64,000 nucleotides of DNA from Minisyncoccota bacterium (GCA_036400935.1 DASWWW010000002.1:201529-265528); one strand, 5' to 3'. Shown: positions 1-9,918, numbered from the stretch's first letter. Notes: generated by a model not told the origin, from the letters alone. Numbers and translations are program-made.

Positions 1-429
1 GGCCATTACGCCCACAGCGCTGCCGAGAAGGGCGCTTCCTGCCGCCTTAAAAGCCTTGTCGTGAGGTTTCTTATAGTAAAGTTCTGCCGCTAGGACGCCC
101 AAAAACAGGCCAACAAATGTACCGAAAGGCGGCACGAAGAAGGTTCCGATAAATGCGGCAAGCATTCCCCACAGCAATGATTTCGTATGCGCTCCCCCAT
201 ATTTCGCGCCGAGGATTCCAGCCGAATGATCGATGATTATCGATACGAGAACGATGCCGAGGAGAATGAGGATCTCGGTACCCGTGACTGCTGCAAAACC
301 GCCGTAGATCGCGTACACGAGGGCGATCACGAACATGTATGAGAGGGCCGGCAGCATGGGCACGAAGGCCATGAGGATTCCCGGAGCGATCAGGATGGCC
401 GCGATGATGAGTGCGATCGTGTCTGCCAT
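1..429 (-). CDS. DUF456-family small membrane protein, partial (3' end runs off window)
   Basis: Hand translation of minus strand from ATG (complement of 427-429): MADTIALIIAAILIAPGILMAFVPMLPALSYMFVIALVYAIYGGFAAVTGTEILILLGIVLVS... hydrophobic multi-TM pattern typical of DUF456/YqgC-like proteins; ATG overlaps stop of downstream DsbB gene (ATGA-type overlap). Not in ORF track because no in-window stop. Confidence 0.55.
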   Translation of the reverse strand, partial: MADTIALIIAAILIAPGILMAFVPMLPALSYMFVIALVYAIYGGFAAVTGTEILILLGIVLVSIIIDHSAGILGAKYGGAHTKSLLWGMLAAFIGTFFVPPFGTFVGLFLGVLAAELYYKKPHDKAFKAAGSALLGSAVGVMA

Positions 430-995
430 TAGTTTTGAGCTGATGCCGCCGCCTTTGCCGCACGATCCTTGCGCATCGATATCCAGAACGAGAGCGCCAT
501 CATGAGGAATGCCGAGAAGGCCATGAGAGGGATCGTAATGTATCCGAACTGGGTGACGAAGCGCTCAGAGCACGATACTGACTGCCCCACTGCCGAGCAA
601 GGCAGAGGCGCGATGCCGAACTGCCCGCTGTAGTGATAAAGGGCGATCGCCGCTCCGATTGTCGAAAGCAGGAATCCGTACAGCTTCATTCCGACATCCT
701 TTCGCCACAGGGCAATGCCCATAAGGAGCACCTGAGGATACATGAATATTCGCTGGAACCAGCAGAACTTGCACGGCGCGAATCCGAGTACGTCAGAATA
801 GACGAGGCTGCCGGCGGTCGCCAAAAGAGACGCCACGAATCCGACGAGAATCGCCCTATCAGCGAAGAATCTCGCAAATGCGGAATTGCGGACCGCGGGG
901 ACGAACAGCGAGACGATGAGCCCGAGGGAGATAATCTGCGCCACGACGGTAAACGATCCCCAAAAGAGTCCGACAAAGTTCGAGAGCGATTCCAT
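429..995 (-). CDS. disulfide bond formation protein B (DsbB/BdbC family)
   Basis: 188 aa, 4 predicted TM helices, paired cysteines incl. CKFCWFQRIFMYP motif characteristic of DsbB-family quinone-dependent thiol oxidases; adjacent to a thioredoxin-fold protein. Confidence 0.7.
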   Translation of the reverse strand: MESLSNFVGLFWGSFTVVAQIISLGLIVSLFVPAVRNSAFARFFADRAILVGFVASLLATAGSLVYSDVLGFAPCKFCWFQRIFMYPQVLLMGIALWRKDVGMKLYGFLLSTIGAAIALYHYSGQFGIAPLPCSAVGQSVSCSERFVTQFGYITIPLMAFSAFLMMALSFWISMRKDRAAKAAASAQN

Positions 996-999
996 AGCC

Positions 1000-1386
1000 T
1001 TATTTTATATCAGCATCCTTGATAAGAGGGCACGAGGTCCTTGCCGCGAGCTCAGCAAGGGACAAGGCGTTGGTGCGGGTAGTGGTACCTCCCTTGAATT
1101 CCCAGGTCGGATAGTTTGTGATGCCCTCGCTGTTGCAGAGAGCGTTCTGAGTCCTGTCAGGATTGGAGCATTCTATGTACGGGAGCTTCTTGGCAGACTG
1201 GCCGAAAAGGTTCTTCTGCTCGGCGCAGTGAGGGCACCACCATGCGCCATAGAATTTGGCGCCGCTATCCTTGATACAGGCCGCGAATGTATCGTACTGC
1301 CCTGGCCGCGTCGAGTACCAGATCATTCCGCCCAATATCGCGACCACCAATACGCCCATGACTATCCAGGATGTGTAGTTTTTCAT
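1000..1386 (-). CDS. thioredoxin-fold thiol:disulfide oxidoreductase (DsbA/BdbD-like), membrane-anchored
   Basis: 128 aa, N-terminal TM anchor, WCPHC active-site motif; immediately upstream of DsbB homologue (4-nt gap). Confidence 0.65.
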   Translation of the reverse strand: MKNYTSWIVMGVLVVAILGGMIWYSTRPGQYDTFAACIKDSGAKFYGAWWCPHCAEQKNLFGQSAKKLPYIECSNPDRTQNALCNSEGITNYPTWEFKGGTTTRTNALSLAELAARTSCPLIKDADIK

Positions 1387-1450
1387 AAATCCATTATAGC
1401 AAAAGCCTCCCGTGCTGGGAGGCTTTTGCTACTGCCGGAAACTAGGTGTA

Positions 1451-4400
1451 TTAGAGAGGACGAGTGGTGCTCTTTACCGTCACTCGGTTGTAAAGGGCGA
1501 GGAGGATAGCCACGCAGATCACTACGAATGCGAGGAGATTTACGATGCCGAGGGCAAGGAGCCAGCCGAGGCCGAATCCAGCCTTATCCGTGAACCAATC
1601 AGGGTTGAGGATAAAGGACATCGCATTAAGGACATTAAGGACACTTCCCACCGCAAGGGCTGAGGCCCCCTGTATAAAGGACATGAAGTAGTCATGCGAT
1701 CCAATATCCTTGCGGAAGATTCCGTGGACCGTGAATGCGGTTCCTATAAGGAGAAGGAGGAGTATCAGAATCTGATACCATGGAATGTCCTTTAGGAAGT
1801 CCCAAACGCGCTGTGTGAAGGCCCCGAAGGCTCCCGCAATGTTAGTTGGGGTGCTTGTAGCCTGGCCAATTGCGCCGTCGAACTCGCCTGAGTTATCAAC
1901 AGGTACATAAGGGACATTGTTGTCGAGAATGTCCTTTACATCCTGATCGCCCGTGTATCCAGGGTTGTCGTTACAGAACGTAGTATTGATATAGCGCGCA
2001 GTCGTTATATATACGATGCCGGTAGCCTCAGTAACACCCCAAGGAGCGAGGATTTCAGTCGCATGGCCTGCCTGAAGCGCCTTTACGGCAGCCTCGGTAG
2101 CGTCATCGAACTGGCCATTGACCGTAAGGTTAGCCCCCTCGTATGAATTGAGGAAATACTGGAGCTTTCGGACCTCGTTAGGGTTGTTATCAATGCCCTT
2201 CTTCATGAAAACAGTGATGAAGTTGACTGCAGGGCAGACCAACTCCGGGCCAGACACGGTAGAGCCGCCGCCCGTAGATGTGGTCGGATTATCGAAAATG
2301 ATAGTGATATCAGGGTTGTTTGAGCCGCCGTTGCCGCCGCCTGTAGTACAGCCGTATCCTACGCAAGTACCGCTGTTTCCGCCGCCACCGCCTCCGCGTG
2401 GAGGTACGACGCCAGATCCGTCAGAGCCGCCTCCGCCGTTGTTGCCGCCGCCGTTAGAGGTATCGTTGTCTGTGTTTGTTACAGAAACAGTCTTTGCAGG
2501 GAGATTGTTCCATGCAGCCTGAGAGCTGGCAGATGCGCCGACAGTGATCATATACGAGACGTTTCCGTCTACAGCGCCGTCATCTCGGCCCGTAACGACG
2601 ACATCCTGAGGAAGATTCCAGTTTGCAGGGGTAAATACAAGGCTCGATACAGATGTTGTTCCCTCGTTCCAGTTCGAGCTGTTGATAGGCAATGTGACGT
2701 TGGCCGTAGGGGCTGACGCGAGAGCTACCGCGAATGACGCAGTATTACCAGACTCGGTGGTGATAAGGCCAGACTGAGGAGATACGGTGAAATCGATAGT
2801 CGGATTTCCAGGACCGCCTGGGCCGCCAGTCGTAGGATTTACGGTAAGGATCTGATTCTGGGTAGTGGTGCTGTTGCTGTTTCCGCAGCTAAGGGTGTAT
2901 GTGTAGTTTGTCGTAGCCGATACGGTAATAGGAGCGATAGGGGCGCTTCCTGATGTAGCAAGGTTTCCAGACCATGAGCCTGAAGCCACGCAGAGAGTAG
3001 CGTTGGTCGAAGACCACGTGATAGTCGCGCCGTTTCCGCTCACTATTGGGTTAGGAGTGATCTGGAACTGGCCGATCGAAGGGTTGTTGTTGCCGCCGTT
3101 ACCGCCGCCGGTCGTAGGATTGATAGTGAGAGTAGCAGAGAGGGTCGAAGTTCCGTTCGCGTTTCCACAGCTCAAGGTAAAGAATTTGTTCGTGGTTACG
3201 CTTGCGGTCTGAGCTCCCAATGCGAATGAGCCCGCAGTAGCCTGGGCGCCGCTCCAGTCGCCTGAAGCCTCGCAGTACGTAGCATTAGCAGACGTCCAGT
3301 GAAGGGTCGCCATCTCGCCGCTCGTAATCGCGGTTGGGTTTACGTAGAAAGAGGTAATGTTCGCTACCGGAGGATTATTGTTCCCTCCCGTAGTGCCAGA
3401 AATAGTGATGGTATGAGAAATAGGCGCAGAGATAGCTCCCTGAGCGTCTCGGGCTCGTACGCTAAAGGTATAAGTGCCGGCTGCTGGCCATGAGTGCGAA
3501 ATCTCTGCAGAGATGCCCGACATAGTAAGCGCCGTGTACTCGATATTCTGGCCATTGTTATTCCAGTCGAAGCCGTATGAAATATTGTCGTTCTGAGGGT
3601 CAGTGGCCACTACAGAGAACTGGATAGGCGTATTGATAGGGCCGGTCAAAGGCGCGCTGAGGAGGTTCGGAAGGTTTGGAGCCGTGTTCGTGTTGCCTCC
3701 GCCGCCACCAGTCGAGGTAACGACGAATGGAACTACTGTCTCCGCAGAGTAGTTGAGGTTAGAGTCGCGAACAACCACTCGCACAGGGTATGTGCCCGCA
3801 GCAGACCATGAGTACGACATCTGGGCTGAAGTTCCCGATGGTACGAGGCCCGAGTAGAAATCGACGTTGCCGTCATTGTTCCAGTCGAAGCCGTAGTCGA
3901 CGTTGTCGCCCTCAGGATCGGTCGTATTCGCGGTGAAAGTATGGCTTACGTTCGCAGCGCCGCTTCCCGATGTAGGAGTAACGGTCGGAGCGTGAGGGGG
4001 CAAGTTCAATATTGGTCCAGGGCCGCCGCTGCCGCCGTCTGTAGTACAGCCAGTAATCTGCTTTGGAGAGCCGCTGAGAATAGCGTTCTCGCCGGCGCCG
4101 TTAGTGTTGAGGCCGTATGCGTAGATATTGTGAGTCTGGCCATCCTTGAGGGATGCAGGAGTTGGGAAGCTGAAGCCGTGGTTGCCTGAAACGCCGTTTG
4201 CGTCGTTTACGTCCTGTCGAGGCTGGTCCGCCTCGGTATTTCCGATGAGTACGTTGTTGTCTGTATAGAAATGCACGCCGTTAGATACGGACGAGTTGTC
4301 TGGATCGTATGTCCAGCCAGTGATGACGTCGCAAGAAGCTCCGTCGATGAAGCCGATAGGAGAAACCGGAGTCTGGGGAACGGAAACGACAGATACTACC

Positions 4401-5179
4401 TCAATGGTAACCTGGCCGTTCGCGCCGAAACCTCCCTGCCCTACGTCAGATCCGCCTCCGCCGCCTCCTGGGAATCCTCCGTTTGTTGCCCAAGGGCTGC
4501 CAAGGTGGCTACCCGGGCAAGCGCCGTCGTTTCCGCAGCGTCCGCGAGATCCGCCCTGTCCGCCGTTATACGCAGACCCTCCGTTAGAAGCGTAAGGGCC
4601 GCCATCGTACTCAGTGTATGGGGCGCCCGACTGGCCAGCTACGTTGATATCGCCGCCGTTAGCCTGTCCGCCAAAGCCCATGTCGCCGGTAGGATTGCCG
4701 TGACCCATGAAGCTCTGTCCGCCCTGTCCGCCGTTTGCAGTCATGGTTCCGAACGATCCGCTAAAGCTGCTGTCGCCTCCAGGATTGCCTACGCGACCGT
4801 CATAGTAGCTCATGATGCCCTGTCCTCCTGCGCCGATAGCTATTGAGAAAGAGTCGCCAGAGTTAACAGAGATAGTCTTCTCTGAATATCCTCCCGCGCC
4901 GCCTCCCTGACCGGATCGGTGAGATTCCTCGATCTTCTCGCCAGAGCCGCCGGCTGCGCCCGCGCCCCAAACCTTTACCTTGATAGATGTGACGTTAGAT
5001 GGAACAGTCCAGTTGTCCTGTCCAGGATTCGAATATGACCAAGTCTGGCCTACTGAAGCGCTGCCCTCGTCTGCCAAAGCAATGAACGGAGTAAGAGGCT
5101 GAATAATGAACGCAGAAACGAGCGCCATAGTGAGCGCTTTTCGAAGAATCGTTCGTTTATTTGGGTTTGCCTGGTTCAT
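1451..5179 (-). CDS. giant secreted Gly-rich surface protein with PKD/Ig-like repeats, C-terminal peptidoglycan-binding domain and TM helices
   Basis: 1242 aa; signal peptide (MNQANPNKRTILRKALTMALVSAFIIQPLTPFIALA); long G-rich tracts; repeated DWNN(D/N)G...Y/F modules; PG_binding_1-like segment (LQYFLNSYEGANLTVNGQFDDATEAAVKALQ); C-terminal hydrophobic helices. Confidence 0.75.
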   Translation of the reverse strand: MNQANPNKRTILRKALTMALVSAFIIQPLTPFIALADEGSASVGQTWSYSNPGQDNWTVPSNVTSIKVKVWGAGAAGGSGEKIEESHRSGQGGGAGGYSEKTISVNSGDSFSIAIGAGGQGIMSYYDGRVGNPGGDSSFSGSFGTMTANGGQGGQSFMGHGNPTGDMGFGGQANGGDINVAGQSGAPYTEYDGGPYASNGGSAYNGGQGGSRGRCGNDGACPGSHLGSPWATNGGFPGGGGGGSDVGQGGFGANGQVTIEVVSVVSVPQTPVSPIGFIDGASCDVITGWTYDPDNSSVSNGVHFYTDNNVLIGNTEADQPRQDVNDANGVSGNHGFSFPTPASLKDGQTHNIYAYGLNTNGAGENAILSGSPKQITGCTTDGGSGGPGPILNLPPHAPTVTPTSGSGAANVSHTFTANTTDPEGDNVDYGFDWNNDGNVDFYSGLVPSGTSAQMSYSWSAAGTYPVRVVVRDSNLNYSAETVVPFVVTSTGGGGGNTNTAPNLPNLLSAPLTGPINTPIQFSVVATDPQNDNISYGFDWNNNGQNIEYTALTMSGISAEISHSWPAAGTYTFSVRARDAQGAISAPISHTITISGTTGGNNNPPVANITSFYVNPTAITSGEMATLHWTSANATYCEASGDWSGAQATAGSFALGAQTASVTTNKFFTLSCGNANGTSTLSATLTINPTTGGGNGGNNNPSIGQFQITPNPIVSGNGATITWSSTNATLCVASGSWSGNLATSGSAPIAPITVSATTNYTYTLSCGNSNSTTTQNQILTVNPTTGGPGGPGNPTIDFTVSPQSGLITTESGNTASFAVALASAPTANVTLPINSSNWNEGTTSVSSLVFTPANWNLPQDVVVTGRDDGAVDGNVSYMITVGASASSQAAWNNLPAKTVSVTNTDNDTSNGGGNNGGGGSDGSGVVPPRGGGGGGNSGTCVGYGCTTGGGNGGSNNPDITIIFDNPTTSTGGGSTVSGPELVCPAVNFITVFMKKGIDNNPNEVRKLQYFLNSYEGANLTVNGQFDDATEAAVKALQAGHATEILAPWGVTEATGIVYITTARYINTTFCNDNPGYTGDQDVKDILDNNVPYVPVDNSGEFDGAIGQATSTPTNIAGAFGAFTQRVWDFLKDIPWYQILILLLLLIGTAFTVHGIFRKDIGSHDYFMSFIQGASALAVGSVLNVLNAMSFILNPDWFTDKAGFGLGWLLALGIVNLLAFVVICVAILLALYNRVTVKSTTRPL

Positions 5180-5270
5180 TGCTGAAGAATCCTTACATTC
5201 CTAACACTAAGCAAAGACGGAACAAAGTCAAAGAAAATGACAACACTTTGCACGATTGCTGTCAAAGCTC

Positions 5271-5372
5271 GCTCTAAAGGACATATAAAGGACATCTCAT
5301 TTAAACCTTATTCTGCAATGTCCTTTAGGAAATCATTGCCAATTCGCTACCGAATGAAACTTAAAGGACAGA
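5271..5372. promoter_or_regulatory. array of TAAAGGACAT direct/inverted repeats in divergent promoter region
   Basis: ctcTAAAGGACATaTAAAGGACATctc (two direct copies, 11-bp register), inverted copy caATGTCCTTTAgg, further half-site cttAAAGGACAga; 90-190 bp upstream of the giant surface protein start (5179) and of divergent gene 5484. Confidence 0.3.
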
Positions 5373-5483
5373 ATGGGAGGGATTGACGGATTTGAGTAAA
5401 ATTTGTGCCGTTTTTATTGAAAATATTACAATACTATTTTATATAATTGTCAAATAGCTATTGCTATACAAATAAAGCATGAT

Positions 5484-5999
5484 GTGATGTTTTTCGACCG
5501 TTTGACTGCGAATAAGAGAGCGGGCACAATATCTTTTCCGGAACAGTTCTTCAAAAACAGCCTTTTCTATCCGATGGCAAAAACCCGCACCGTAACTCCC
5601 TTCCCAACCAATCCATTCGTACTGCTCGTGCCCTACAAGCTCGAGCATCCGAACGGGTCCAAAGCCACGCTGCTGTCAGGAACCTTCATTTTCTGTGTAA
5701 ACGGGCCGGCAAAGCTCGACAGCATGGGCAGGACGCTCGTGACTTTCACAGCATACGGAAGCGCCGAGCAGCTCGAACTCACCAGAGAGCAGTTCGGCCC
5801 TCTTCCCTCGTACGTAGCTATCAGCCGCGAGTCCGGCAAATACATGAGCGGCGACGTATTTCAGGTCGTACCAAAAATGACGCACCCGAAAGGGCAGATA
5901 GTCGTCATCGATCCCGAAGTCGGGCATATAGCCCTGTCGCTCGATTCGGTCTATCCCGTCGACGGCCCGACGCACTCTCTCGCTCAATACGCTTCATAA
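5484..5999 (+). CDS. hypothetical protein
   Basis: 171-aa ORF followed directly by a strong rho-independent terminator; no recognisable motif. Confidence 0.5.
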   Translation: MMFFDRLTANKRAGTISFPEQFFKNSLFYPMAKTRTVTPFPTNPFVLLVPYKLEHPNGSKATLLSGTFIFCVNGPAKLDSMGRTLVTFTAYGSAEQLELTREQFGPLPSYVAISRESGKYMSGDVFQVVPKMTHPKGQIVVIDPEVGHIALSLDSVYPVDGPTHSLAQYAS

Positions 6000-6002
6000 A
6001 AC

Positions 6003-6035
6003 GCAAACGGCACCCTCGCAGGTGCCGTTTTTTAT
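6003..6035. terminator. bidirectional rho-independent terminator
   Basis: ggcaccctcgcaggtgcc hairpin followed by TTTTTT; sits between convergent genes 5484..5999(+) and 6038..7447(-). Confidence 0.6.
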
Positions 6036-6037
6036 CA

Positions 6038-7447
6038 CTATCCCCTCGGATCGAATATCGACGGATCGAGCTTCTCTCCTGCCACTATCTTTGAGATGCG
6101 CTCTGCGCCGAATACCGATGGCAGTATGCCTACGCCGTTGCAGCCCAGGTTATAGAGGAGGGCCTTGTTCTTTGGCTCCTCACCTACGACGCGCACGCCC
6201 GATGGCGTATACCCCATGAGGCCGTGCCAGGTGAACTGATAGTCGATCTTCTTGTTCGGGTCTGGATCATAGGTCGATTTCACGAATTCCTGGATGCGGC
6301 GCTTCTCCTCTTCCGGATAGTCGAGATCTGAATCGTATTCCACCCTCTTTTCAAGGGAAAATTCCGGACCACCCACGCTGATGAGGTTCGAATTCTCGTG
6401 GCCTTCGACCTCGAAAGGACGGCGCGTGAGGTAGAAATAGGGGTCTTCGGCGTACGGATCGCTCGAATTGGTGTTTGCCGGCTCGAAATAGCTGACGGCT
6501 ATCGGCGGCTTGTTCATCGGCTCGAGATATGCGGACATATAGCCGACCATTCCGCGAACCAGATGATGGAACTTGGTATCGATGGCAAGACCGCCTTCGT
6601 TGATAATGGTGAGCCCCTCGAAACCGTTGGTACACAGGACGACCCGCTCTGACGTTATCGTGTGCTTTCCGGCGTCCAAAATAGCCCTTTTGTCGTGCAT
6701 GGCCACCTTCTGTATAGAAGTGTGCTCGAAAAGGGTGAATCGTCCGGCAAATTCCTTGAGCAGGTATGCGGCGATCTCCTGGCAGAAGAGGGCCGAGTTA
6801 AGACAGCCCTTCTGGTATGAGAGCGCGGCCATATAATTGCGGTTATCGGTCTGAAGGCGCGACAGGACCTCGCTCTGAGGCACTACTTCGTAAAAATCCT
6901 TGTATTCGGCAGGGATACCAGCCAAAAATGGCGCGTTGTCGGCTATGCGCATCTCCTCATTGCGGAGGCCGGCCTTTCGCCTGCACACATTATCCTTGAG
7001 GTGACGCACGACCTGGTCGTAGGTCGAAAATCCGGCATGGCCCATAAAGCGCGCCAGAGGGATAGAAAGCCCGGCCTCGGTAAACATGCGATCGATGAGG
7101 CTCCATGCGCCCTCGATCGATTTCTGGGCTTCAGCGGCCTTTTCTAGGCCAAATTCGTCGGCTAGCTCGTAAAACGGCCTCTCGAAATAGCTGGCGATCT
7201 GGCCTGCATTATGGCCGGTAGCACCATGGGCGAGCTTGCCCTTCTCAACTACGACGACCTTCTTGTCCGTATTCTTGAGCAAGAAAAAAGCCGTCGATAT
7301 GCCGGCGATACCCGCTCCGACAATGACGACGTCCGTCTCTATGTCTCCCGGCAAAGTGACGGTCGGCCGGTCCTGATTCATCTGATAAATCCATGGTGAT
7401 CGGTATTTCATGGACTGATTATAATTTAGTCCTTCCAATTCCACCAC
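6038..7447 (-). CDS. FAD-dependent oxidoreductase (DAO/amine-oxidase-like)
   Basis: 469 aa; dinucleotide-binding motif VVIVGAGIAGISTAF near N-terminus followed by VVVVEKG...HGATGHNAG; start may be an internal Met (MKYRSPW or MNQDRP). Confidence 0.75.
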   Translation of the reverse strand: MVELEGLNYNQSMKYRSPWIYQMNQDRPTVTLPGDIETDVVIVGAGIAGISTAFFLLKNTDKKVVVVEKGKLAHGATGHNAGQIASYFERPFYELADEFGLEKAAEAQKSIEGAWSLIDRMFTEAGLSIPLARFMGHAGFSTYDQVVRHLKDNVCRRKAGLRNEEMRIADNAPFLAGIPAEYKDFYEVVPQSEVLSRLQTDNRNYMAALSYQKGCLNSALFCQEIAAYLLKEFAGRFTLFEHTSIQKVAMHDKRAILDAGKHTITSERVVLCTNGFEGLTIINEGGLAIDTKFHHLVRGMVGYMSAYLEPMNKPPIAVSYFEPANTNSSDPYAEDPYFYLTRRPFEVEGHENSNLISVGGPEFSLEKRVEYDSDLDYPEEEKRRIQEFVKSTYDPDPNKKIDYQFTWHGLMGYTPSGVRVVGEEPKNKALLYNLGCNGVGILPSVFGAERISKIVAGEKLDPSIFDPRG

Positions 7448-7474
7448 TTGAGGAGCGCCGGTTCCTGTTTTACC

Positions 7475-8527
7475 CTATTTGATCTCGATTACTGACCCGT
7501 TGAATCCGGCAACGAGCGGATCGGTCGAGCTTGCCTGAAGCGATTTGAGCTCGTTTATCGGCTCGTCCTGCATGTCTCCCGCCAATTTGAAGGTGCCGAA
7601 GTGTATCGGCATGACATTCTGCACGGACAGCTCGTCCGCCATGCGTAGCATCTCTGCCGGACCGGTATGGACGTCGCTCATGATCCAAGACGGCTTGTAC
7701 GCGCCTATCGGCAAGAGAGCAAGGCGAAAGCCCTTTGGATAGTTCTGGGCGATGCGGTCTACGAACGGTCCGTATCCCGTATCGCCGGCAAAATAGATAT
7801 CGCCTTCGGGCGCGCTGATGACGTAGCCTCCCCACAGGCTTGTATTACGGTCCGACAGTGATCGAGCCGAAAAGTGCTGCGCGGGCACGAACGTCACGGC
7901 CACGCCATTCGAGAGTGCGTACGCATTCCACCAGTCGAGCTCGGCCGATTCGATGCCGCGCTTCTTGAGGAATTCCTTATTGCCCAATCCTGCGAGGATG
8001 ACGGGATTGTCGCGCTCCTGGAGCCTCTTGAGCGTGCCGACGTCCATGTGGTCGTAATGGTTGTGGCTGACGAGCACTATATCTATAGGAGGAAGATCGT
8101 CCCATGCCACGCCCGGCTGCGCGTAGCGGCTCGGGCCAGTCCACGAGACGGGGCTTGCCCGCTCGCCGTACATCGGATCGGTGACGATATTGAGCCCTTG
8201 GGTCTGGATCAGTACGGACGCGTGGTTTATGTATGTGGCGACGATTTTGCTGCCCGCGACGCGTTCGGCCGGCGTGGTCGTAGCGACTTCCCTCTTTTGC
8301 CACTCATTTGGCTCGCGCGAGATAAGCCACTTGATGATGGCAAAGCGGCCGCGATCCTCCTCGTCCGAAACCGGGGGCTCGCCTATGTTGAGGAACTTCT
8401 CGCCGTCAAAATGATCCGTTACGGGACCCCTCCAGCCCGGCGATTTGAAATGCGCGTCCAGAACGACGCAGACAATAATGACCACGACGATGAAAAAGCC
8501 AAAATACTTGAGTATTGAGAGAATCAT
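7475..8527 (-). CDS. MBL-fold metallo-hydrolase (NAPE-PLD-like Zn-dependent hydrolase), membrane-anchored
   Basis: 350 aa; N-terminal TM; HNHYDH metal-binding motif, downstream His/Asp residues typical of beta-lactamase-fold hydrolases. Confidence 0.75.
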   Translation of the reverse strand: MILSILKYFGFFIVVVIIVCVVLDAHFKSPGWRGPVTDHFDGEKFLNIGEPPVSDEEDRGRFAIIKWLISREPNEWQKREVATTTPAERVAGSKIVATYINHASVLIQTQGLNIVTDPMYGERASPVSWTGPSRYAQPGVAWDDLPPIDIVLVSHNHYDHMDVGTLKRLQERDNPVILAGLGNKEFLKKRGIESAELDWWNAYALSNGVAVTFVPAQHFSARSLSDRNTSLWGGYVISAPEGDIYFAGDTGYGPFVDRIAQNYPKGFRLALLPIGAYKPSWIMSDVHTGPAEMLRMADELSVQNVMPIHFGTFKLAGDMQDEPINELKSLQASSTDPLVAGFNGSVIEIK

Positions 8528-8595
8528 TCGAATATCATACTACGTCCGACGGATATTTTGTGGAATGACCGGCGCGTGGTAGCCTGTGACTACTT

Positions 8596-9918
8596 ATGAG
8601 GTATCCAAAGAGGAGCGAATACGACGTGGCTGTGATCGGAGGCGGCCCGGCAGGCATGATGGCGGCGGGGCGAGCTGCGGAGCTCGGCGCCTCTGTCGTA
8701 CTCGTGGAAAAGAACGAGGGCCTCGGCAAGAAGCTCCTCATCACCGGCGGCGGCCGCTGCAACGTCACAAACGAAAAGCTCGAGCCCCGCGATTTTTTGA
8801 ACGAGCTCAAAGGCAAGGGCAAATTCCTCTTCTCCACTTTCGCCCAGCATGCGGTAAAGGAGAGCCTCCATTTCTTCAACTCGCGAGGCATGGCTACCAA
8901 GGTCGAGAACGAGGGACGCGTCTTCCCCGTCTCCGATTCGGCCCGCACTGTCTATGACGTGCTTCTCAAATACATGAAGGACAACAAAGTCGACATCGTG
9001 ACCGCCTATCCGGCAAAGGGATTCCACGCCCGCGACGGCATGATCGTCGGCCTCAATACCGAGAAAGAGACGATCGTAGCGAAATCCTACATTTTGGCTA
9101 CCGGAGGCACCTCTATGCCCGAGACTGGCTCGACCGGAGACGGATTCCGCTGGCTCGAGAAGATCGGCCATACCGTGATCGCGCCCGATGCGGCCCTCGT
9201 GCCGGTAAAGATCGCCGAGAAGTGGGTGCGCGACCTGTCCGGAGTATCGCACCAGCACGCAAAGCTCTCGATCTTGAAGAACGGCAAGCGCAAGGATTCA
9301 CGCATAGGCCGCATGGTATTCGCGCATTACGGACTTTCCGGACCGCTCGTGCTCTCTTTCTCCAAAGAGATCCGTGAAGCCATGCAGTACAAGCAGCCCG
9401 AGGACAAGATAGAGCTCTCGCTCGATATCATGCCTGATTTCAATACTGTCGACGACCTCGACCTCAAGGTTCAAGAAGTCTTCATGGCAAATTCCAACAA
9501 GAAGCTCAAGAACGCGCTCAAGGACCTCATCGCGCCGGCCCTCTGCCCTGCGATCTTCACCCTGACAAAGCTCGATCCGGAAAAGGAGATCAATATCGTC
9601 ACCCGCGAGGAGAGGCTTTCCATCACAAAGCTCCTCAAGGACATGCGCATGACGCCTACAGGATTCCTCGGATCGGAGACGGCGATCGTAGCGTCGGGCG
9701 GAGTAAAGCTCGAGGAAGTGGATTTCAAGACCATGCAGTCGCGCATCTTCCCTAACCTGTTCCTCACGGGCGACGTGCTCGATGTAGACAGGCCATCGGG
9801 CGGATACAGCCTTCAGCTGTGCTGGACGACGGGATGGGTTGCCGGAACTCACGCGGCAAAGAATGCCAAGGACATAAAGAATATCAAGAGGGACAAGGCA
9901 GAAGCAAAAGAAGAATAA
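8596..9918 (+). CDS. NAD(P)/FAD-dependent oxidoreductase, HI0933/BaiN family
   Basis: 440 aa; YDVAVIGGGPAGMMAAGRAAELGASVVLVEKN...LLITGGGRCNVTNE signature of HI0933-like flavoproteins. Confidence 0.8.
   Translation: MRYPKRSEYDVAVIGGGPAGMMAAGRAAELGASVVLVEKNEGLGKKLLITGGGRCNVTNEKLEPRDFLNELKGKGKFLFSTFAQHAVKESLHFFNSRGMATKVENEGRVFPVSDSARTVYDVLLKYMKDNKVDIVTAYPAKGFHARDGMIVGLNTEKETIVAKSYILATGGTSMPETGSTGDGFRWLEKIGHTVIAPDAALVPVKIAEKWVRDLSGVSHQHAKLSILKNGKRKDSRIGRMVFAHYGLSGPLVLSFSKEIREAMQYKQPEDKIELSLDIMPDFNTVDDLDLKVQEVFMANSNKKLKNALKDLIAPALCPAIFTLTKLDPEKEINIVTREERLSITKLLKDMRMTPTGFLGSETAIVASGGVKLEEVDFKTMQSRIFPNLFLTGDVLDVDRPSGGYSLQLCWTTGWVAGTHAAKNAKDIKNIKRDKAEAKEE

Noticed and set aside
71-463. 130-aa Arg-rich ORF on minus strand
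   Set aside because: Wrong frame of the DUF456 membrane-protein gene (1..429, minus); composition (R/H-rich) is typical of an off-frame read of GC-rich coding DNA.
2118-4846. Several plus-strand ORFs (2118..2522, 3003..3212, 4271..4846, 4296..4595) inside the giant surface-protein gene
   Set aside because: Antisense ORFs of a Gly/Pro-rich gene; Pro/Arg-rich translations without motifs; the minus-strand 1242-aa ORF has a signal peptide and domains.
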